64,000 bases of DNA from a virus, in IMG/VR virus record IMGVR_UViG_3300025732_000035, positions 1-64,000 of that record; one strand, written 5' to 3'. This document shows positions 46,791 to 56,206 of this stretch, one piece after another. The notes beneath the pieces are model-generated. The model made no database searches. It was given only the letters and a program-made list of their open reading frames with translations, and was not told the DNA's origin. Each line of letters begins with the position of its first letter. The stretch's first letter is position 1. The position numbers and the translations under genes were made by a program.

Positions 46791-48010
46791 ACAATCTTGG
46801 CAGGAGTACCAAAGCCCTTAAATTCGGGCTCTGCAGGCTTAGCAGCAAGAGTTTCATTCACTGCATCTTTAAGCTGCTGCTGAATATATGGCCATGTAAA
46901 GGGCTCTTCATGGAGACGTTTGTAGCACCATTGTCCATGCTGCTTCAGAATGTCGCGGTTCTCGTAATAGTAAGTGAGAATATTTGCAGCGCACTCAGGA
47001 TCTGGAAGCAAACGCTCCAAGCCGTAGTTCCTATCAGTTTCACTGGCATTGCATTCAATGCGAGGTATCTCATCGAAGATTTCAGCCAGGCTTGTATGGT
47101 CAGGAACTACTTGCGCCACGCCAGTGGCGCCATGTTCCGAGTTGACTAAGCCCCATCCTTCGCCAATGCAAGTGTTAATGCCAATATCGGCAGCGTTATA
47201 CACTTGATTCAACTGTTCAATGGGAAGACAGTTGTCTACTGAATAATGTGGGCTTGTCAAGATGAGCTTGCTTGTTGGATCAAAGCCTTCATCACGCGCC
47301 ACACGCTTAAACAGCGGAACCAATTCCCACCCCAAATCTTTGCTGCCCATATTCAGCCATAGACGAGCGTCGTCCTTGTCTTTGGCAAACTTAATGAACG
47401 CTTTAATTGTCAAATCAATGCGCTTACGCGGTTGGTTCCTGTTGCCATTGAATACAACAAATACATCATCTGGCACACCAAGTTTCTTACGGCATTCTTC
47501 CTTGTCCATAGGGAAGAATTTTGTAAAGTCTGTGCCATGGCCAATAATACGCACGGGCTTTGTGTAGCCCATCAGTTCAAGCTCTTTCTTGGCAAATTCC
47601 GTATAAGTGGCAAGCCCATCCCATTCCATCATGGGCTTGGCTAAGTCTGGGAACAAGCCATAAGAATCAATGGGAGTGTAGACAAACCATTTGAAGCCAA
47701 ACTGCTCCTTTAATGGCTTTGCCTTTTCCCATAGTTGCAAAGCAATCCAAATGTCATTGGTCACCCATACAAGGTCTGGCTTAAATGCTTGAATGACGCT
47801 TGTAATGCGATGGGAGCCAAATGGATCATTGCCATGCAACATGGCAGGATACACCGTATAGTTCTTCGCTTCTGGATGGGGGTCGCCGTGGAAGTTTACG
47901 GCCAACACAGCCACTTCATGCTCTTCTGCTAATGCAGGAAGCAAATATTGCGCCACTCGTCCGAAGCCTGTCTCTACAAACGCATCGCCACAATAAAGAA
48001 TGCGGGCCAT
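46787..48010 (-). CDS. GT4 (GT-B) glycosyltransferase
   Basis: TGFGRV, HGTD, NRNQPRKRID, YNAAD..GEGWGL. Confidence 0.9.
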   Translation of the reverse strand: MARILYCGDAFVETGFGRVAQYLLPALAEEHEVAVLAVNFHGDPHPEAKNYTVYPAMLHGNDPFGSHRITSVIQAFKPDLVWVTNDIWIALQLWEKAKPLKEQFGFKWFVYTPIDSYGLFPDLAKPMMEWDGLATYTEFAKKELELMGYTKPVRIIGHGTDFTKFFPMDKEECRKKLGVPDDVFVVFNGNRNQPRKRIDLTIKAFIKFAKDKDDARLWLNMGSKDLGWELVPLFKRVARDEGFDPTSKLILTSPHYSVDNCLPIEQLNQVYNAADIGINTCIGEGWGLVNSEHGATGVAQVVPDHTSLAEIFDEIPRIECNASETDRNYGLERLLPDPECAANILTYYYENRDILKQHGQWCYKRLHEEPFTWPYIQQQLKDAVNETLAAKPAEPEFKGFGTPAKIV

Positions 48011-48070
48011 AGTTTCCCCTGAATCTTCGTCATCTTAAGGGGCTTTTATACTGATGGCAAAAGGAGGCTA

Positions 48071-48766
48071 ATGACATTACCATCTGGTTCAATACGCTTT
48101 TGCATTAGCACTTGCAAGAAGTTTGCCCCGCATACGATTCCTGTCATCATCCCTAGCTTGTTTGCTGCTGGCATCAAGCAAGAAGAAATTTTGATTGTTA
48201 ATGGCGGCCAAACTGTTCGCGCCAATACAAGCTACAAGGGCGTGCCAATGCTGCTGACGCAGCAGAATTCTTTTGAATACACGCCACTCATTGAAATTGT
48301 GGAGCATTTAATGGAAAGCGAGTATTGGTTTCTCCTTCATGACACATGCATTGCAGGCCCTCTCTTCAAGGCGTTGGCTTATAAGCCTCCCGTGGAGGCC
48401 CCGGAGAAAGTGGCAATGAAGCAAACGCCTTCAATGAGCATCGGGCTTTATCGCCACGACTACCTCATGACCCACAAGGAGCGCTTGATGGCCATCAAAA
48501 ACTTGGACAGCTCTCCTGAAGCATTGCAGAAATGGAAGCAGTGGGGCGTACCAAACGAGGACTACATGCTTTGGAAGCTCCAAGACGTACCTTGCCACAT
48601 TTATCATCCAGATAAGCACGGCCCTGACGAATGGAATTGTCAGGGGCACGCAGACCCATATGGAACTGGCATGCAGCGCCGCATTGAATACTTTCCGCAA
48701 TTGCACCTTGCTAAAGCCAAAAGCAATTGGCAAGGCGTTCAACCCCACCTTTGCATTGACATCTGA
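48071..48766 (+). CDS. GT-A-like putative glycosyltransferase
   Basis: ILIVNGG, NSFEY, WFLLHDT. Confidence 0.55.
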   Translation: MTLPSGSIRFCISTCKKFAPHTIPVIIPSLFAAGIKQEEILIVNGGQTVRANTSYKGVPMLLTQQNSFEYTPLIEIVEHLMESEYWFLLHDTCIAGPLFKALAYKPPVEAPEKVAMKQTPSMSIGLYRHDYLMTHKERLMAIKNLDSSPEALQKWKQWGVPNEDYMLWKLQDVPCHIYHPDKHGPDEWNCQGHADPYGTGMQRRIEYFPQLHLAKAKSNWQGVQPHLCIDI

Positions 48767-49719
48767 TGAAGCGCTTGGCAATTATCGGCGGAGGCTGGGT
48801 GGGATGTCATTTAGCAATGGCGCTCCGTAATGAAATGGAAGTGACGCTGTACGAAAAGAATCATACGCTCATTTCAGAAACTTCTTTTATTAATCAAAAT
48901 CGCTTGCACTATGGCTATCACTATGCCAGAAATGCCGCAACTCGCCGCTTGTGCGCTACTACTTTCGTGCGCTTCATGGAGGATTATGGCGATCTCGTTC
49001 ATGATGTAGAAAATAATTACTACGCAGTGTCGGAAGATGAAAGCCTTCTTGATGCTGAAACCATTTCAATTATTTTTGGAAATGGTCCGCACGCTCAACT
49101 AGATCCACAGGTATTTAATCACACATCGCTTTTGTTAACTACGCCTGAAAAGCGTATTAATGCCATTGGAGCAAGCCTGTATTTTCAATGGTGCCTAGAT
49201 CCGTTGGTGAAAAAGGAAAAGATTCAACAATCTAATCTGCAAGCACTAAAGCAAGATTATGATTTTGTTTTTGATTGCACCAATAATACTCTCTTGGAGC
49301 CATTGCCCTCTCATTTTTTTGAAGCAGTGGCAATGTTTATCTATCGCCCCAAAAAAGATCTTCCGTTCGGCGCTCTCACTTATATTGATGGAGAACTATT
49401 TTCTGTCTATCCATATAACGATAAATGCTTCTCATTAAGTCATGTGAAGCATGGTATCATGAAAAACAACTCGCTCGACAATGCGGACAATGCAAGGCAG
49501 CTAATTGAACAGCATGTGGAGCGTTATTGGCCAGGTTTTACTGATAGCTTTGACTATTTATTTCCCACTCTTTCAATTAAAGCGAAGACGAAAGACTGCA
49601 GCGCTAATCGCACGCCATTGATGCGTCAAGATGAAAATCTATTTTCTTTCTTCACGGGCAAAATCCAAGGCATCTATGCCATTGAAGCCATGGCTAGGCA
49701 AATTATCGCTCAGCCATAA
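48766..49719 (+). CDS. FAD-dependent oxidoreductase (DAO-like)
   Basis: IIGGGWVG..LYEK, SFINQNRLHYGYHY, GKI. Confidence 0.85.
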   Translation: MKRLAIIGGGWVGCHLAMALRNEMEVTLYEKNHTLISETSFINQNRLHYGYHYARNAATRRLCATTFVRFMEDYGDLVHDVENNYYAVSEDESLLDAETISIIFGNGPHAQLDPQVFNHTSLLLTTPEKRINAIGASLYFQWCLDPLVKKEKIQQSNLQALKQDYDFVFDCTNNTLLEPLPSHFFEAVAMFIYRPKKDLPFGALTYIDGELFSVYPYNDKCFSLSHVKHGIMKNNSLDNADNARQLIEQHVERYWPGFTDSFDYLFPTLSIKAKTKDCSANRTPLMRQDENLFSFFTGKIQGIYAIEAMARQIIAQP

Positions 49720-50450
49720 AGCTGCCTAAACAGCGGATATTCTCGATGGTGCTGAGAAACATTTACCAGCTCGCGAGTGATTCCACCTTGGTAGCTGCTT
49801 GCGACTAAGAGCCGTTTGATTTGCTTGTGTTCATACTGATTCAAAATGGGACCATTGTCAGTGTCACTGATATGAACGTGCGCAATGAAACGGAAGTAAT
49901 GTTTAATAATCTTTGTTGGACTATCGCCCTGCAACCAGGCATTATTTGTATCAAGCATTGTCTTTACATTGCGCAAATTGTAAAAATCAATGTGATTAAT
50001 AATCTCCTCGACTGTATAAAAATACTTTCCGCCAAATACTTTGGCGATGGGTTCAATGCAAAGGATGGCATCGTTAGCTTCCAAGATTGAATCCATACGC
50101 TTCAAAACTTCCATCAAGCTTGACGGACTCCCTCGGCGCAAAGCAGGGCTTCCGAGAACAAAGCGCTTAATACCCATCAATGAGCCAAGTTTCGCCACTC
50201 GCAGCAAATGCTCTTGCGTGGCAGCGGTGTCTTCAAAGCTTTGAACGACGCTGTCGTAGAACAGCGCCTGGGCTGAATATGCCCAAAGCCCATAATGCTC
50301 CCTGTAGCGCTTTGCAATATCGCTAAAGTCTTCGTTTCTGGCAAAGATGCGAGATGGCACCAGTTCAATGAAATTAAAAGCTCCAGCATTAGCGCTTAAG
50401 ATTTCATGCTCTTCTTCGTCTTTCCAGCCAATTGCACTAATTCCAAGCAT
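49710..50450 (-). CDS. sugar-phosphate isomerase/epimerase (xylose-isomerase-like TIM barrel)
   Basis: GISAIGW, IELVP, VLGSP, CIEP, MLDT, HVHIS. Confidence 0.8.
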   Translation of the reverse strand: MLGISAIGWKDEEEHEILSANAGAFNFIELVPSRIFARNEDFSDIAKRYREHYGLWAYSAQALFYDSVVQSFEDTAATQEHLLRVAKLGSLMGIKRFVLGSPALRRGSPSSLMEVLKRMDSILEANDAILCIEPIAKVFGGKYFYTVEEIINHIDFYNLRNVKTMLDTNNAWLQGDSPTKIIKHYFRFIAHVHISDTDNGPILNQYEHKQIKRLLVASSYQGGITRELVNVSQHHREYPLFRQLYG

Positions 50451-51168
50451 TGATAAACTCCTCCATCTTCTTCAGCGATATTTCTTTGCTAGAAAAATAC
50501 GGCGAATAACTATATTCAATGCGTCGCCCACAATCGACAATCTCTCTCGCCCAAGGAAACCATTTCTCAACAATCTCTAAAGTTTCTATGGGTTCTGGAA
50601 ATAACTGATGCTCTCGCTCCCATCCTTTCCTGCAAGCTTCAGTATCAGCCCATAAATCATTAAGATCGTACCACTGGTAACAAGAATTGGCGTTGATTTT
50701 TTCCACATTATTCTTGGTGAGAAGATCAAACAAGACATTTTTCTTAATGCGCCGATGGAATAACGCAGGCAAGCGAATAATGGTAATGGCTGAATCAGGG
50801 AAAGTGCTCCTGATTAGCATTTCAAAAATGTAACGAACAGAGCCATAGTCAATTCCGTGAATTTCAGGAAAGTTCGGTACATATTCGTGCGTTTGACTAT
50901 AAACATCGATGGTGGAATAAAGAATGACTTCCTTTGGTCTCAATAGTCTTATTTTTGTCAAAACATGATACATATTGTCGAAATCAGCCATCGGCGCCTG
51001 ATTTGCTTTCCACTTTTCCGCTGGCAAACAAGCCAAATAAAGCTTGTCAATGTCCTCCTTCAACAATGGAGCAAGATGAATGTTTTCAGAATTAAAGCGG
51101 CAATCAAAATCATGATGCTCGCGCAAAACACTGCCAATCAGGCCAGTGCTTCCAATTAATACATCCAT
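50437..51168 (-). CDS. NAD-dependent epimerase/dehydratase-like
   Basis: IGSTGLIGS, PAEKWKAN, STIDVY, YG..R..FE, IRLPALF. Confidence 0.8.
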   Translation of the reverse strand: MDVLIGSTGLIGSVLREHHDFDCRFNSENIHLAPLLKEDIDKLYLACLPAEKWKANQAPMADFDNMYHVLTKIRLLRPKEVILYSTIDVYSQTHEYVPNFPEIHGIDYGSVRYIFEMLIRSTFPDSAITIIRLPALFHRRIKKNVLFDLLTKNNVEKINANSCYQWYDLNDLWADTEACRKGWEREHQLFPEPIETLEIVEKWFPWAREIVDCGRRIEYSYSPYFSSKEISLKKMEEFINAWN

Positions 51169-51170
51169 GC

Positions 51171-51854
51171 TCAAACCGCCACTACGGGCGCTTGTTGACG
51201 CATGTATTGTACGCGGCATTTGCAGTTACTCATGCAAGCACAACGTTGTCCTGGCATCGGCAAGCTACCAATAGGGACAACGCCTCTAGCTGCAAAGTCC
51301 ACACAATCGCTGCAATGCTTCGCTTGCGGGTCCAAAATGCGTCGCATCAAACTATAGCCTTGTCGTTCTTGGCGAATTGCGGAACCTTCCCAGTAAGAAC
51401 CTCGCACAGATTGAGAATACATGCTGATACGAGCAAGAGCCATGGGAGTAGAAACGCTCCCAGCCAGAAGATCGCGAGCAAAACCCTCCAAGTAACGGTA
51501 TTCCGCACGAAGGCGCTGACCGATGCGACCCCAGTCTGAAGCTTGCATCGTATCCCGTCCACCATTGCCAATGATCGCTGCTTGTACATGCGCAAGCTTA
51601 AGCGCTTCCCTTACGCTTTGCTGCCACTGATCCAGCGTAATATCGCCGCTGCTAAGCATGTTTGTAAAACGATGTAACAAAGTGCCAAGCTTGTTAATTC
51701 GACCATCAACCAAAGCCTCCACGGCAGACTGACTGAGGAACCTTCCATTGCTTCCGCGATAACGGCCAGCAACGGGATCGTAACGCCATGAGGATTGGTC
51801 AAGACGCTGTTCAAAAACGGCAGCGAACGTTGATAAATCATTCAGGCTTTGCAT
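51171..51854 (-). CDS. head morphogenesis (minor capsid, Mu gpF-like) protein
   Basis: follows portal; HCSDC..PG..C..NCKC C-terminal motif. Confidence 0.75.
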   Translation of the reverse strand: MQSLNDLSTFAAVFEQRLDQSSWRYDPVAGRYRGSNGRFLSQSAVEALVDGRINKLGTLLHRFTNMLSSGDITLDQWQQSVREALKLAHVQAAIIGNGGRDTMQASDWGRIGQRLRAEYRYLEGFARDLLAGSVSTPMALARISMYSQSVRGSYWEGSAIRQERQGYSLMRRILDPQAKHCSDCVDFAARGVVPIGSLPMPGQRCACMSNCKCRVQYMRQQAPVVAV

Positions 51855-53712
51855 CTTCAGCCTCCAGAATATCCTTAAAACGCTCAGGCGCTTCCTTCTT
51901 CCATTGATTCAATGCAGCGTCAATGTCTTCGGGACTGATCAATGCGGCCTCATCCAAGTCAGACAGAATGAGCCCTTCTACTTTCATAGGCTCCATTGCG
52001 TCTTTCTTAAAATATTCTGCTTGTTCTTTCTTGCCGCTAAAAGCGCCTTCCATGGAGCCATGCTTACGCTTGTATAAAGCTTTGTATTTTTGCGTGACGT
52101 AAGCTCCTGCAACTGCACTCGGCCACACTTTGAACTTTGTTTTTGCTGCTGCAATGGCTTGTTTATGCAGCTCCTTGTCTTTAAAAATGGCATCTTCTTT
52201 TTCTTCGCCACGCTTGTGCTCAAGGTCGCCAGGAAGATAAAGGCCAGCACTATCCTCCACTTCACGACTACCGTCCATGGGAAGCGTGCCATTCTCCTCG
52301 TTCATTGGATCACGGCCACCAGGAGGCACTGCCATTTTTCCGTCACCCCCTTTCTGAGTGGAACCACCCCCAGCTTGAGTGGGTAATTCTCGGATGACAC
52401 TGGGATCGAGCGTAAGCTCCATGCTCCATTCAGAGCCGCCATAACGGGCATCTGCCACTTCCTTCGGACTCAGTACACCCAGTTGGATGTAACGGCCGTC
52501 TACAGCCGCCACACGCGCCCGCACATCTGCCATTTCGCGCTCATTAAGTTCAAACAATGGATTGAACGAAATGCGCCATGATTCAGGCAGTTCCCCTTTT
52601 GTTGGTCCCTCCTTGCTAAGCATGATCAGCTCCATCAGTTTTTTGATGGGCCGTTTGAAATGGACGCTTTGATAATCGGAAAGTGTCTTAGCGAAATCAC
52701 GCTCTTCACTCCGACCAGTGGAGCCAAGACCGCTTGGACTTTCGCCAAACAACACAGTATGAGGAATCTTGCTAGCACCAATAATGTCTACGCGCAACTT
52801 CTCTAAGATTTCTCCAATGCCGCCAAAATTACGACTAATAAATTCAAGCTCCTCTTTCTCTGCATCAATTGCGTAGCCGCGATAGATGCTCTTGCTCATA
52901 TCGTTCACTTGCAAGCGATCACGAATGGAGCTTTCCTTGCCAGCAGCCAACATTGCTGCTAAGCCCCTCACTTTATGAACAAAAATGTCAAACTCAGTGA
53001 GGAGCGTTGCTGCTGAATTCAAGCCCGTCCAATAATGACGGAAGCTGTCATAAACAGTTTGCAAGCTGCTCATGCCCCATCCATAGTTCCTTTGCCTAAT
53101 GCGATAGGGCAGCCAATCGCCATCAAAACGCAAGATCCTATCTTTATGAATATAAGTAAGCTGCGGCTGGTTAATTAAATCTCCAGAGATGATCTGATAA
53201 TAAGTGGCTTTTGAATAGTCGTATAAGTTTTCCTCATTAATAACGGGCGCAATTTGCCATCGGTCCAAGCACTCAATGTCTTCAATCCGACGAATATTGC
53301 GTTTATCGACAGGCATATAAGCGGGACGCCCATCGTCAATAAAAAGAAGTAAACAAGCACCCCCGTAAAGGCGGGCGTTTTTCGCTGCGAGATTGAGATG
53401 TTCGAGGATGTATAGGTCTTCAATAATTTGCTCAATCCCTTGCACTTCCTCGGCTCTAACGCCATCTCCGCCAAACAATACTTTGAAGCCTTTCCGCGTG
53501 GCTTGATCAGCATAAATATCAACAATGCGACGAGGAAGCCATTCACCATAAAGATTTTCTAGTTCTTCTTGCGCTAGGAATACTGTGGCTGTAGTTTTGG
53601 TATATTGCGCCTTGTCACGACCAGTGCCCATGCCGATGAGCACGTTCTGAAGGCCATCTGCCCTCACGCCACCGCTACCGGCATGACCGAGATCAACTGC
53701 TTCGCTTTCCAT
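51838..53712 (-). CDS. portal protein (DUF1073-like) with C-terminal extension
   Basis: RRIVD, ARLYGG, IHKDRI, GWGMS, IPHTVLFGESPSGL. Confidence 0.9.
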   Translation of the reverse strand: MESEAVDLGHAGSGGVRADGLQNVLIGMGTGRDKAQYTKTTATVFLAQEELENLYGEWLPRRIVDIYADQATRKGFKVLFGGDGVRAEEVQGIEQIIEDLYILEHLNLAAKNARLYGGACLLLFIDDGRPAYMPVDKRNIRRIEDIECLDRWQIAPVINEENLYDYSKATYYQIISGDLINQPQLTYIHKDRILRFDGDWLPYRIRQRNYGWGMSSLQTVYDSFRHYWTGLNSAATLLTEFDIFVHKVRGLAAMLAAGKESSIRDRLQVNDMSKSIYRGYAIDAEKEELEFISRNFGGIGEILEKLRVDIIGASKIPHTVLFGESPSGLGSTGRSEERDFAKTLSDYQSVHFKRPIKKLMELIMLSKEGPTKGELPESWRISFNPLFELNEREMADVRARVAAVDGRYIQLGVLSPKEVADARYGGSEWSMELTLDPSVIRELPTQAGGGSTQKGGDGKMAVPPGGRDPMNEENGTLPMDGSREVEDSAGLYLPGDLEHKRGEEKEDAIFKDKELHKQAIAAAKTKFKVWPSAVAGAYVTQKYKALYKRKHGSMEGAFSGKKEQAEYFKKDAMEPMKVEGLILSDLDEAALISPEDIDAALNQWKKEAPERFKDILEAEDAKPE

Positions 53713-53778
53713 AAGCTTTATTTATGGCCATGATGTGTTGCTTTTATTCTAGAACCCGGCTACATTGTCACGTAGCTT

Positions 53779-54294
53779 ATGCACACTATGGCCAGCTTTG
53801 GTATTGTTTTCCATTTCAGCGAGGAAGACAAAAAGCTCGTGCGGACAGAAGCCATGCGCAGGCAGCGTTTCAATGAAAGAAAAGGCCTAAAGGGACGCAA
53901 TGGAGGCCCGAAAGAAGGAGAGAAAGCTCTTTTCGCTCACAAGCTTGGTGCCGCTGGCGAACTAGCAGTGGCAGATTATCTCCATCTACGGGAGTTTCTC
54001 TATCAAGAAACAGAAGCAATTCGCGGATCCTTTGATCTCCCTCCCAACATCGACGTGAAAACACGCTCTCGTCATAACTATGATCTCATCTGCCAACTAG
54101 ACGAGAAGCCCGGAAAAACTTTAGTGCTGGTTACAATTCAAAACAAAATCACTCTTCTCCATGGCTGGATAAGGAGTGAGGATGCCATGAAAGAACAATG
54201 GAAGAAAGATCCTGCTCATGGAAGACCTGCTTATTTCGTTCCACAATCTGCATTGCTTCCTCTTATAGACTTGCGCCATGCTGAAATGTTCTGA
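53779..54294 (+). CDS. hypothetical protein, PD-(D/E)XK-like
   Basis: GELAV..DLPPNIDVKT pattern. Confidence 0.6.
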   Translation: MHTMASFGIVFHFSEEDKKLVRTEAMRRQRFNERKGLKGRNGGPKEGEKALFAHKLGAAGELAVADYLHLREFLYQETEAIRGSFDLPPNIDVKTRSRHNYDLICQLDEKPGKTLVLVTIQNKITLLHGWIRSEDAMKEQWKKDPAHGRPAYFVPQSALLPLIDLRHAEMF

Positions 54295-55645
54295 CTTTTC
54301 AAGACACGCCCTTAAGCTCGATCTCTATCCGAGGCAAGCGCAAATTCTTGACAATTTCTTCCAGCCAGATAAAAGCCATGCAGTGTGGGCACTTGGACGG
54401 CGATCAGGCAAAACTGTCATGGCTGCAGTGGCTTGCGTCTATATGTGCTTCGTCCTGGAAGATGAATATCGCAGACGCGTGAGAAAAGGCGAAAAATGGT
54501 ACATCGTGACCGTAGCAAACAGTCAGGATCAGGCCCGCATTGCTCTTAATAACATTCGCCAGCTAATTCTCGATAGCCCCTTCGCTCAAGAAATTGTCAG
54601 AGAAACTGCCGACATTATTGAATTAAGCAATAATTGCGTCTTTAAGGCCATCCCCACTTCAGGTCGTGCCGCTCGTGGTCTTGCTTGCGCAGGCGCAGTA
54701 TTTGACGAGCTTGCCTTTGCCACTGAAGGCGATGCAAATAGTGGAGGCCGTGGTATTTACGACGCACTTTCTCCTGCCATTGCTCAGTTCGGAGGAAAAG
54801 GACGCATCCTTGAACTCTCCTCACCATGGCTAACAGACGGCATCTTCTATCAGCATTTCAAAGAAGCAAGCTCTGGCCGCTTCCCTTTTATGCAAGCAGT
54901 GAATCTCCCAACATGGGAGATGAACCCAAGTATTTCGCAAGAGTTTCTTGACACAGAGCGCCAGCGTGATCCAGAAAAATTTAAAGTTGAGTATGGGGCG
55001 CAATTCGCGAGCAATCTTTCGGCCCTTGTTGCAAGCGATGTTATTGATGCCTGTATTGATGACCGCCGAGCGGCTCTACCACCACGCCCTGAATTCCAAG
55101 GAGCTTATGTACTTGCCCTTGACCCCGCCCGTGGTGGCGTTGGCCGTGACGACTACACTGCTTGTATTGTTCACTATGAAAACGGCACGTTAGTCGTTGA
55201 TAAATTCCATTCGTTCGTTGCTGATTTTGAAATCAATGGAAGAATGGAAGTGAATATCAATGCAGTGGAAGATTGGATTAAGGAACAGCATCGTCTATAT
55301 GTGTTTGACACTATTGTGATGGACCAGTTCAATAGTGCTGGCACCATTCAAAGCTTGGCGAGTGATTTGCCCATCACTGAACTTACTTGGACAGTCAGCT
55401 CCAAGATGAAAGCATTTAGCAAGATGCGAGAGCTATTTAATTCAGGACAGATCAATATTTATCGTCATGAGAAGGCGATTATGCAACTTAAGAATCTTAC
55501 TGTCATCTATAAACCCAGCGGACAATGGAGCGTCACTGGTGGTAAAGCTTCTGGAATTGACGACTTAGCGTTTGCAATGGCAGGGGCAATTCTTGCTGCT
55601 AGTAAAGATGATGATATTGGTTGGATTGAAAGCCTGATTTCCTAA
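54278..55645 (+). CDS. terL: terminase large subunit
   Basis: Walker A GRRSGKT, Walker B AVFDE, nuclease LALDPA..DQF..DDL. Confidence 0.92.
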   Translation: MLKCSDFSRHALKLDLYPRQAQILDNFFQPDKSHAVWALGRRSGKTVMAAVACVYMCFVLEDEYRRRVRKGEKWYIVTVANSQDQARIALNNIRQLILDSPFAQEIVRETADIIELSNNCVFKAIPTSGRAARGLACAGAVFDELAFATEGDANSGGRGIYDALSPAIAQFGGKGRILELSSPWLTDGIFYQHFKEASSGRFPFMQAVNLPTWEMNPSISQEFLDTERQRDPEKFKVEYGAQFASNLSALVASDVIDACIDDRRAALPPRPEFQGAYVLALDPARGGVGRDDYTACIVHYENGTLVVDKFHSFVADFEINGRMEVNINAVEDWIKEQHRLYVFDTIVMDQFNSAGTIQSLASDLPITELTWTVSSKMKAFSKMRELFNSGQINIYRHEKAIMQLKNLTVIYKPSGQWSVTGGKASGIDDLAFAMAGAILAASKDDDIGWIESLIS

Positions 55646-55690
55646 AAGCATTGGCTTAGTATGATTTTCAAACAATAGTTCTCCTATGGA

Positions 55691-55936
55691 ATGAAGAACA
55701 GCGATTTAACTATGCAGGAGGTAAAGTTTCTTATCTCCTTGCTTGAATGCGGAAGCTCCAATAGGCAAACTGCCTTACAGCTTCTTGCAGCCGAACATCT
55801 CTACATTCCCACTCTCCTTCCTAAGCTCCAAGCCCATGCCAAGCGCCTGAAGCAAATTGAAGCTCTTGAACAGGCTTACGACGCAGACGAAGGTTTCTTT
55901 CCTGAAAACGCTTCCTTAAAAGAATATGACGTTTGA
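55691..55936 (+). CDS. hypothetical protein
   Basis: 81-aa ATG ORF. Confidence 0.55.
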   Translation: MKNSDLTMQEVKFLISLLECGSSNRQTALQLLAAEHLYIPTLLPKLQAHAKRLKQIEALEQAYDADEGFFPENASLKEYDV

Positions 55937-55961
55937 CGGCGAATAACCGTGCTATGCTTTT

Positions 55962-56115
55962 GGAGCTTTCGCGAAGCACGCTGGCCAGCGTTAGTTCAAC
56001 AAGGAACAATGGTTTCAGGAGCCATTGTTTCCTTCTAGGGGAAAGAGGGAAACGGGCCAACCCGTTTTGAAATGTCGTACAAGGCGGATTGAAGCCCCGC
56101 TCGGCGCCCTCAACT
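55962..56115 (+). ncRNA. putative structured ncRNA upstream of tRNA-Leu
   Basis: several hairpins plus a multibranch domain in a non-coding gap, after extended -10 TGCTATGCT (55950-55958). Confidence 0.55.
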
Positions 56116-56121
56116 TCACTA

Positions 56122-56195
56122 GCCCTCGTAGCCCAATCGGAAGAGGTATTCGGTTTAAGCCCGAAGGAGTGTCAGTTCAAATCTGACCGAGGGTA
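56122..56195 (+). tRNA. tRNA-Leu(UAA) with short variable loop, CCA not encoded
   Basis: GCCCTCG/CGAGGGT acceptor stem; TTCGG-TTTAAGC-CCGAA anticodon arm; GTCAG-TTCAAAT-CTGAC T arm. Confidence 0.85.
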
Positions 56196-56206
56196 TGAAC
56201 GGGAGT

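Noticed and set aside
51838-53712. Anti-CBASS Acb1 function (a label often attached to DUF1073 portals)
   Set aside because: No 2H-phosphoesterase domain with paired HxT/S motifs visible in the extension
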